Below, in pieces: positions 28,174 to 34,387 of a stretch of 34,387 nt of DNA. A program made the position numbers and the translations under genes. Within the stretch, counting starts at the first letter, position 1; every line of letters starts with the position of its first letter. The DNA is taken from the NCBI GenBank assembly GCA_033764315.1, contig JANRJA010000221.1, positions 1-34,387 of the forward strand, written 5' to 3'. This DNA comes from Oculatellaceae cyanobacterium bins.114. GTDB lineage: Bacteria; Cyanobacteriota; Cyanobacteriia; Elainellales; Elainellaceae. The notes beneath the pieces are model-generated. The model saw nothing but the letters and a program-made list of their open reading frames with translations. It was not told where the DNA came from and did not search any database.

Positions 28174-28301
28174 GATTTGAGTGAAAAATTTCACACAATC
28201 TATATCAGATCTCGGTGCCTTTTATAGAATCTGGGGCAAACTATAGCAGAGGGACATAAGCTTGCCCCCTCAACGTTGCCCTGGATATAGAGAACAACGA
28301 T

Positions 28302-28847
28302 ATGAGTATTGAGAAAATTGTTGAACAAGCCTTACAAGATGGCTATTTGACCCCTGCAATGGAGTCTGAAGTGGGTCGCATTTGTGACACGGCTGCGGAG
28401 CTTTCAATTGAAGAATATATGGCGTTAGACCGACTCATGGGAGCATTGCTCACTGGAGAAGTGGTTGCTGTTCCTCGTAAGCAGTTTATTAACGTCATGG
28501 AAGAACTGGTATTAACCGAGGCGATCGCTCGTGTTGCAGAAATTGAAGCAACCAGTGATTGCACATTAGATTTAGGCGATATTGCGGCTTATGCGTTAAA
28601 CCGTCTTCCCCCTCTATATGCCACAACTGAAGAAGGGGCCGATTATCAACGGGGTCGCGCTCAAGACGATCTACAAGCTCTGATTGCTCAGCAAGTGAGT
28701 GATGCGATCGCCCGCAGTCTTGATCGTCCTGATTTCTATCCTGAACGGCAGGTGCTCGGCAAAAACGCGGGTGATGAGGTATTAAGCCAAGTCAGTACGT
28801 TGCTGAAAGCCTATGCTCATAAATATGAGGCAGAGCCTCAAAGTTAA
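28302..28847 (+). CDS. ComFB-domain protein (CdgR-like cyclic dinucleotide receptor)
   Basis: FINVMEELV and DIAAYALNRLPPLYATTEEG ComFB signature. Confidence 0.9.
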   Translation: MSIEKIVEQALQDGYLTPAMESEVGRICDTAAELSIEEYMALDRLMGALLTGEVVAVPRKQFINVMEELVLTEAIARVAEIEATSDCTLDLGDIAAYALNRLPPLYATTEEGADYQRGRAQDDLQALIAQQVSDAIARSLDRPDFYPERQVLGKNAGDEVLSQVSTLLKAYAHKYEAEPQS

Positions 28848-28901
28848 CCGATACATGAGGTAATAGTTCCTTGATCCGACTTGTCCTTGTGGCTTTCAGG
28901 C

Positions 28902-28923
28902 ATAGCTTGAATTCTCAAGCTAT
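28902..28923 (+). terminator. Hairpin downstream of the comFB-like gene
   Basis: ATAGCTTGA-ATTC-TCAAGCTAT. Confidence 0.45.
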
Positions 28924-29083
28924 TTGCCAAGAGTGACAATCAGAGTCATTGAGTGACCTATTCCGACTACGTACTGCATTTTAAGGGTGCTTTGAGTTGG
29001 CAAGCTTGGCTCAGACATCAAAGCTAAAGCCGTTGCTAAGACGGTGCATCGTTTATCTCTGCGATCGCAATAATGTTCGTTTT

Positions 29084-29105
29084 AGCGGGTAAAAGCCCGC
29101 TTTTT
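29084..29105 (+). terminator. Intrinsic terminator-like hairpin with U tract
   Basis: AGCGGG-TAAAAG-CCCGCT followed by TTTT. Confidence 0.55.
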
Positions 29106-29144
29106 CTTACCTTATACGTGTTGGAAGGTTGATCTGAAGGCTTA

Positions 29145-29264
29145 GTACTGCTTTTCACAGATAGGGTTCGGAAATAAAACCAAGGGGGTGTGGGGGCTGC
29201 GCCCCCAGCCAGGGGTTTCACCCCTGCACCCCAAATTCCCACCCCTATTTACGATGAGTTGTAC
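29145..29264. mobile_element. 120-bp MITE-like element with GTAC-ended TIRs, TTA target duplication and GC-rich double-hairpin cargo
   Basis: Left GTACTGCTTTTCACAGATAGGGTT versus right reverse complement GTACAACTCATCGTAAATAGGGGT (16/24); TTA at 29142-29144 and 29265-29267; cargo TGGGGGCTGCGCCCCCA and CAGGGGTTTCACCCCTG. Confidence 0.7.
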
Positions 29265-29414
29265 TTAGTATCTTATAGCAAGCATCAACAATTCTTTGGA
29301 TTTAGCCGTCTCAGTTCTGCCAAGACGGGTCTTAAGCGTTGTAAGGGTTGCTATACAATGCAAAGAGAATCAATCTAATCAAGCATTCAATTTGCGTCTC
29401 AGGTAAACCCCACT

Positions 29415-29630
29415 ATGGCAGTCAAAAAAGGCGATATCGTCCGTGCAATTCGAGAAAAGCTAGACAACAGCCTGGAAGCAACCGCAAGCGACACTCGTTT
29501 TCCCTCCTACATCTTTGAAACCAAAGGTGAAATTCTAGATGCCCGTGGTGACTATATGTTGGTCAAATTTGGGCATGTTCCTACGCCCAATATTTGGTTA
29601 CGCGCGGATCAGCTAGAAAAATTTGAATAA
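29415..29630 (+). CDS. ndhO: NAD(P)H-quinone oxidoreductase subunit O
   Basis: [26 protein letters not shown]...[14 protein letters not shown]. Confidence 0.95.
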   Translation: MAVKKGDIVRAIREKLDNSLEATASDTRFPSYIFETKGEILDARGDYMLVKFGHVPTPNIWLRADQLEKFE

Positions 29631-29671
29631 CGGTATGGTGATTCTAACGATCGCCTCTTTTGGGTTCCATT

Positions 29672-30637
29672 ATGATCTCAACTGACTCTTTCCCCATTTA
29701 CTGCCAATCCGCCAAGGTGACGATTGTTGGTGCAGGTAATGTGGGTGGAACATTGGCTCAGCGCATCGTTGAGCGCAACCTTGCAGATGTTGTGTTGTTA
29801 GATGTAGTTGCAGGTCGCCCACAAGGGATTGCCTTAGATTTAATGGAAGCTAGCGGCATTGAAGGACATAGCCGCCACATTAGTGGTACTACCGATTATG
29901 CAGATACCACTGGCTCTGACATCGTTGTGATTACGGCAGGCTTGCCTCGCAAACCTGGGTTAAGTCGAGATGACTTGCTGAGAACCAACGCTAAAATCAT
30001 CGCTGAAGCTGCAAAACAGGCGATCGCCTATTCCCCTGATGCCTTGCTCATTGTTGTCACAAACCCGTTGGATGTGATGACCTACATCGCGTGGCAATCC
30101 AGTGGCTTACCCACTAACCGAGTGATGGGCATGGCGGGTATTTTGGACTCGGCCCGGTTTCAAACCTTCATTGCTTTAGAATTAGGCATTGCTGCCGCTG
30201 ATGTAAGTGCAATGGTGTTGGGCAGTCATGGTGACTTAATGGTGCCCTTACCCCGCTATTCCACAGTGAGCGGTGTGCCCATTACAGATTTATTTGATGC
30301 TTCCATCATCGATCGCCTGATTGAGCGCACTCGCAATGGTGGGGCTGAAATTGTTGAATTGATGCAAACGGGTGGAGCTTACTATGCTCCTGCTTCTTCA
30401 ACCTGCGTCATGATTGAAACCATCTTGCTCAATCAACCCCGGCTTCTGCCTATTGCTGCGTACTTGCATGGCGAATATGGGCTGCAAGACATTTTTATTG
30501 GAGTGCCTGCTCGCTTGGGCTGTCGAGGGATCGAGGGTATTTTAGAACTGAAGTTAACTGAGCGTGAATCAACTGCCCTGCATGCCTCCGCTCAAGCTGT
30601 GCGCCAAAACATTGAGAAAGCTTTGTCGCTTTTGTAA
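29672..30637 (+). CDS. mdh: Malate dehydrogenase (LDH-like)
   Basis: IVGAGNVG, TAGLPRKPGLSRDDL (Arg specificity loop), VTNPLD, LDSARF, GSHGD. Confidence 0.95.
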   Translation: MISTDSFPIYCQSAKVTIVGAGNVGGTLAQRIVERNLADVVLLDVVAGRPQGIALDLMEASGIEGHSRHISGTTDYADTTGSDIVVITAGLPRKPGLSRDDLLRTNAKIIAEAAKQAIAYSPDALLIVVTNPLDVMTYIAWQSSGLPTNRVMGMAGILDSARFQTFIALELGIAAADVSAMVLGSHGDLMVPLPRYSTVSGVPITDLFDASIIDRLIERTRNGGAEIVELMQTGGAYYAPASSTCVMIETILLNQPRLLPIAAYLHGEYGLQDIFIGVPARLGCRGIEGILELKLTERESTALHASAQAVRQNIEKALSLL

Positions 30638-30664
30638 ATGACTTTGGGTTGAGCTGTAGTGGTC

Positions 30665-32071
30665 TTATGGGTTTGTCGCTGTGGGTTGCAGTTCTTGCCA
30701 GTCTTGCCCCAGTTGAATTGTGACATCTGATTGTAAGTCACCTGTACTTTCTACTCGAACTTCACCCGTTCCTAAAACTTGTCGAATTGCCTCAGCCGTG
30801 TCGCGATCGCCATCTTGAGCAATAATGCGAGTCACCCTCAGGGGTTGAGTCCAGGGTTCATCAATCACCACATTGCTGTATCCAGCTTCCTCTAGAGTGC
30901 CTACTAGCCGATCGATGGTGGGGTCATCTCCGGTGCTATCTTGAATCGCAACACGGACATAATCTGGGACTACAGCTTCATTCACAGCCGTGCCTCCCTC
31001 AAAATATCGAGCGGCTAACTCCTCAATGCGACTGGGGCTAGGCAACCAGTAACTGGCTTGAAATTCGTCAGGAGAACTAAACTCTCCTGGTAACATCAAC
31101 ATTTGCACACTAGATCGATTCATCTCAGAGGCAAAACTGGTGAGTGCTACTAATTCTTCAACGCTTAAGTTGGTGTCGAGGTTTTCTTGAATGACAGATA
31201 AGATTTGGGGCAATCGAGTAATGGTGGCTGGACTCAAAGCTTGTTCCATCAACGCTCGCATCATCATCTGTTGGCGTTGAATCCGCCCAATATCGCCGTT
31301 GCGATCGTGCCGAAACCGCAAGAACTGCAATGCTTGACTACCGTCAAGATGCTGCTCTCCTTCTTTGAGATTGATATAAAGGTGCTGGCTATCGTCCTGA
31401 TAATACATATCGTGAGGGACATAAATATCCACGCCCCCTAGTGCATCAATCAGTTTCTCAACCCCTTGCACATTGATCCGAATGTAGCGATCGACGGACA
31501 CCCCACCCAATAAATCACTCGTTGAAGAGGCCGCTAACGCAGGCCCCCCATAGGCGTTAGCTTCATTGAGTTTGGTTAGCCCGATGCCTTCGACCCAGGT
31601 GCGTGTATCGCGTGGCACCGACAAAACAACGAGTTGCGACGTTGCAGGATCAAACCGTAGCAATAGCATTGTGTCTGATAGCCCTTCAAACGAGTTGACC
31701 AGGGCGTGATAACCCAAATCCTGTGTTTCTGCTGGCGGTTCATTGACATCGGAACTGAGCACTTTAACCCCAAGCACCAAGATATTGACAGGACGTGACA
31801 ACCTTGGAAGTCGAAAATCCATGCCTGTAGAGATATCGCCTTGATCAAACACTTCTGCTTCTTCAGGGCTTAGCTTGGTCTGCATTAATGGTGTGCTGGC
31901 GATCGACACTGCCACCAGTGCCCCTGCGGTTGCAGACACCAAAGCCACTCCGAGTAACCCCAAAACCAACCAAACCCCTCTATTTTTTTTAGGTTTGGAG
32001 GGCTTGCGTCGCGGGCCGTTTGGTTGAGGTGATTGGGGATAGTAAATTCGGGTTGACACAAACTTGCTCAC
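30665..32071 (-). CDS. LCP (LytR-CpsA-Psr) family cell-wall glycopolymer transferase with LytR_C domain
   Basis: N-terminal TM segment, SDTMLLLRF, SVPRDT, RFRHDRNGDIGRIQRQQ, C-terminal SDVTIQLGQDW. Confidence 0.92.
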   Translation of the reverse strand: MSKFVSTRIYYPQSPQPNGPRRKPSKPKKNRGVWLVLGLLGVALVSATAGALVAVSIASTPLMQTKLSPEEAEVFDQGDISTGMDFRLPRLSRPVNILVLGVKVLSSDVNEPPAETQDLGYHALVNSFEGLSDTMLLLRFDPATSQLVVLSVPRDTRTWVEGIGLTKLNEANAYGGPALAASSTSDLLGGVSVDRYIRINVQGVEKLIDALGGVDIYVPHDMYYQDDSQHLYINLKEGEQHLDGSQALQFLRFRHDRNGDIGRIQRQQMMMRALMEQALSPATITRLPQILSVIQENLDTNLSVEELVALTSFASEMNRSSVQMLMLPGEFSSPDEFQASYWLPSPSRIEELAARYFEGGTAVNEAVVPDYVRVAIQDSTGDDPTIDRLVGTLEEAGYSNVVIDEPWTQPLRVTRIIAQDGDRDTAEAIRQVLGTGEVRVESTGDLQSDVTIQLGQDWQELQPTATNP

Positions 32072-32322
32072 ACTAAAAGGAATGCAAACTCGATTTCACG
32101 GTAGTAAAAATCAGATTAAAGACACTATATCTAGAGTCATCAAACTTGAAACAACGTCTTGAGCAAATATAGACCCTATATCTGTAAAATTCATCAATTT
32201 TCCCAAAAAATTATTGGTAGTGCTTTAAAGGTAGCGGTTTTGAAACGCAGCACATCCTCACTGATTTAGAACTCATTGGTTTAGAACTAGGTTGGAGAAC
32301 CTCACTAACCTCAATTCAGCAT

Positions 32323-32348
32323 GCGGGTTGAGCGCAGTCGAAACCCGC
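32323..32348. repeat. Very small dispersed repeat (SDR-like) hairpin
   Basis: GCGGGTT-GAGCGCAGTCGA-AACCCGC; the core resembles cyanobacterial short dispersed repeats. Confidence 0.6.
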
Positions 32349-32409
32349 TGCCAGAGAGATTGAGAGCGTTGAGTGACTTGTTTTGAGTGAGTCGAATGGC
32401 AGTCAAAAT

Positions 32410-32441
32410 GCATTTTACAGTTAACGCATCTTACAGTTAAT
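32410..32441. repeat. 16-bp tandem duplication
   Basis: GCATTTTACAGTTAAC / GCATCTTACAGTTAAT. Confidence 0.7.
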
Positions 32442-32588
32442 GACACCCACCTACTGATTAAAAGATTCTAATCAACCAAAACAGATCAGGTTTTAATCCC
32501 CTTCATTAGCTTTAGCCAAGTGCAATAGAGTTGTCATCGTACTACTGGCTGATAGTACAACGCTAATGAACTATTTCTCTGCATTATG

Positions 32589-32948
32589 TTAAGGAAGGCG
32601 ATCGCCCAATTGGCTCAAACCAGGTAACCAGATTGATTTACGCTGCCAAAGCCGCACCATCAACCATATATTTACTAAAAAATAACCAGAAGTCAGCAGA
32701 CTGCTCATAATTAAAAGCGGCAAGGTCAACGTATCAGAGGCTTGTGCCGCTGTGCCCAATAATAAATACCCAAATAACCAACCTGTTGCCAGTAACACCG
32801 CTAAGCGGCTGACTGCCCGTTGCTGTTTATTGCCCTGTCGTTGATATAGCATCCACAACGCTGGGAAGAACCCAATAACCGGAACCAGATAAATAAACGT
32901 TTGTAGACGACGTAGGTCGTTTTCTCCGAAGGGGTCAGGGGTTTTCAT
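32589..32948 (-). CDS. Hypothetical membrane protein (about 3 TM helices)
   Basis: 119-aa ORF with hydrophobic segments (YLVPVIGFFPALWML, SGYFLVNIWLMVRLW). Confidence 0.75.
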   Translation of the reverse strand: MKTPDPFGENDLRRLQTFIYLVPVIGFFPALWMLYQRQGNKQQRAVSRLAVLLATGWLFGYLLLGTAAQASDTLTLPLLIMSSLLTSGYFLVNIWLMVRLWQRKSIWLPGLSQLGDRLP

Positions 32949-33105
32949 AAATTAGCGGGCAAGCTTTAGTGATTAACAGTGCTGTGTTGAAAACTGAGAG
33001 GGTGGGAGAGCGAGCTATCTCCTCTTATTCATTCACCCTCTAAGCCTTCATTTTTTAGCCTTTAGCTCTGCTGTGTGCGTTCCTTTTATTGTTCCTATTT
33101 TTTCT

Positions 33106-33765
33106 CTAAGCGACCAATTCTTTTTGAAAAAAGTTTAGTGTACGATCCCAGGCATCGGCTGCGGCTGTTGGATTGTAGACTTCAGGACGAGTGTCGTTAA
33201 AAAAGGCGTGATCAGCGTTGGGATAAGTGTGAACTTCGATCGCACCACCTGCTTCTTGAATCGCCGCTTCTAGTGCCTTAACTGCATCTGGCGGAACAAA
33301 ACTATCATTGTCGGCAAAGATGCCTAAAACCGGAGCCGTAAGCTGAGAAAAGTCAGGGTTAACGTTGGGGTAAATTCCATAGAAATCGACTACAGCTCCA
33401 ATGTTGCCACTAACAGTTGCTGCCAACAGTGCTAATTGACCCCCCATACAAAAACCAATCACTCCAAGCTTGGGACTGCTGACCGCTTCTTGCCCTAACA
33501 AAAACCGGGTTGCGACTTGCAAGTCTTGAACAGTTTGGTCAATATTGAGTGCCATCAATAATCGTCCTGCCTCATCTGGGGAGGTCGTTTGAATGCCCTT
33601 AAACAGATCAGGTGCGAGAGCAACGTAGCCTGCCTGTGCAAAGCGATCAACCACTGATTTGATATGAGGCACTAGCCCCCACCACTCTTGCAGCACAATC
33701 AACCCTGGACCCGAACCAGATTCTGGCAACGCCAAGTAGCCAATTCCGTCAATGTCCATTCCCAT
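33106..33765 (-). CDS. Dienelactone hydrolase family protein
   Basis: QEWWGL, GFCMGG nucleophile Cys, HAFFND; ATG at 33765 after GGAG. Confidence 0.92.
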   Translation of the reverse strand: MGMDIDGIGYLALPESGSGPGLIVLQEWWGLVPHIKSVVDRFAQAGYVALAPDLFKGIQTTSPDEAGRLLMALNIDQTVQDLQVATRFLLGQEAVSSPKLGVIGFCMGGQLALLAATVSGNIGAVVDFYGIYPNVNPDFSQLTAPVLGIFADNDSFVPPDAVKALEAAIQEAGGAIEVHTYPNADHAFFNDTRPEVYNPTAAADAWDRTLNFFQKELVA

Positions 33766-33975
33766 GATTGCCCACTCCAAGTAAGGTTTTATTACCGTCA
33801 ACACTCTAACATTTCACCAAATTAGAACGTTGAGGGGTGAGGGGCAGGAGGTGAAAGAAGGTATTTAGAATGCCAAAAAACTTCTATCAATTTCATAGAG
33901 TCAGTTTGATCCTTTGTGCTTAAGAGCTGATTTAGAGCTAATTTGTGAAGTAAATCTTGTACCTTAAATTGTTTA

Positions 33976-34086
33976 ACCCCATGTGCGACTATTCCAGATC
34001 CCCGGTTTCTAGGGATATAAAAAGGCACCTTTTAGCGACCTCCAACAAGAAACCGGGGATCTAAACCCCTCAATTGCACATCGCGT
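33976..34086. mobile_element. 111-bp MITE with perfect 8-bp target-site duplication
   Basis: TIRs ACCCCATGTGCGACT / AATTGCACATCGCGT; ATTGTTTA at 33968-33975 and 34087-34094; 14 mismatches to 12842-12952 by manual alignment. Confidence 0.9.
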
Positions 34087-34103
34087 ATTGTTTACCATTG
34101 CTT

Positions 34104-34248
34104 ACGTGATGTACAACTAATTTGCCCTCATCCCAACCCTTTTTCTGTAGGAGAAGGGTTTCCAAGGACTCCAGTTCCCTCTCTTGTGGGAGAGGGCTAG
34201 GGTGAGGGTCAAACCTGGCGGGAGTTTCAGAAAAGTTGCACATTAGGT
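34104..34248. mobile_element. 145-bp MITE-like element, inverted copy of 8891-9033
   Basis: TIRs ACGTGATGTACAACT / AGTTGCACATTAGGT; cargo CCCTCATCCCAACCC...GGGAGAGGGCTAGGGTGAGGG. Confidence 0.8.
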
Positions 34249-34250
34249 TA

Positions 34251-34387
34251 ACGTGAATTCGGGATAAGGATTTTGGCGGTTGAAACCGCAACTACAGGAG
34301 CAAAACCGACCTGCGTCGGTTCACTCAACCCTTGATTTTCTGTAGTTCGCGAAGGCGAACTTCGCTCTGATAGCCGCGAATTTATTC
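34251..34387. mobile_element. Left part of a further MITE-like element carrying GTAG-type REP-like cargo, truncated by the window end
   Basis: Begins ACGTGAATTCGGGATAAG; from 34275 carries hairpins GCGGTTGAAACCGC, AACCGACCTGCGTCGGTT and AGTTCGCGAAGGCGAACT, similar to 8719-8857. Confidence 0.6.

Noticed and set aside
29036..29378. ORFs 29036-29242 (-) and 29190-29378 (+)
   Set aside because: Both are read from the GC-rich repeat cargo; no RBS or family signal.
33822..34291. ORFs 33822-34028 and 34070-34291
   Set aside because: They run through the MITE stack and have no recognisable protein features; probably spurious.
1..34387. High frequency of GCGATCGC
   Set aside because: This is the well-known cyanobacterial HIP1 octamer; useful for taxonomy but not novel.

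Overview
Cyanobacterial chromosome segment. The HIP1 octamer GCGATCGC is abundant, and ndhO, a cyanobacterial-type hfq and a ComFB/CdgR gene are present; a filamentous Leptolyngbya/Oculatella-like lineage is plausible, but that is inference. Gene content is mostly housekeeping. Left to right: the end of a glycosyltransferase cluster, cysC, an RsmB/NOP m5C methyltransferase, a selenouridine module (mnmH plus a FAD-oxidoreductase-SelD fusion), a chagasin-like protease inhibitor, a redoxin, pyrH-frr, a geranylgeranyl-reductase-family gene, radC, STAS-MiniIII-rlmB-DUF1816, hydrolases, gatA, a TPR-methyltransferase, hfq / CPA2 antiporter / M23 peptidase / comFB, ndhO, mdh, an LCP protein and a dienelactone hydrolase. 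No rRNA, tRNA, CRISPR array or transposase was seen. The most unusual signal is non-coding: a set of 110-200 bp miniature elements that look modular. One terminal-inverted-repeat (TIR) shell carries two different REP-like hairpin cargos, and one cargo occurs behind two different shells. Some copies have clear target-site duplications and the elements stack in hot spots. Also notable are a probable ATC (non-canonical) start for the STAS gene and an M23 peptidase whose HxH motif reads NxH.
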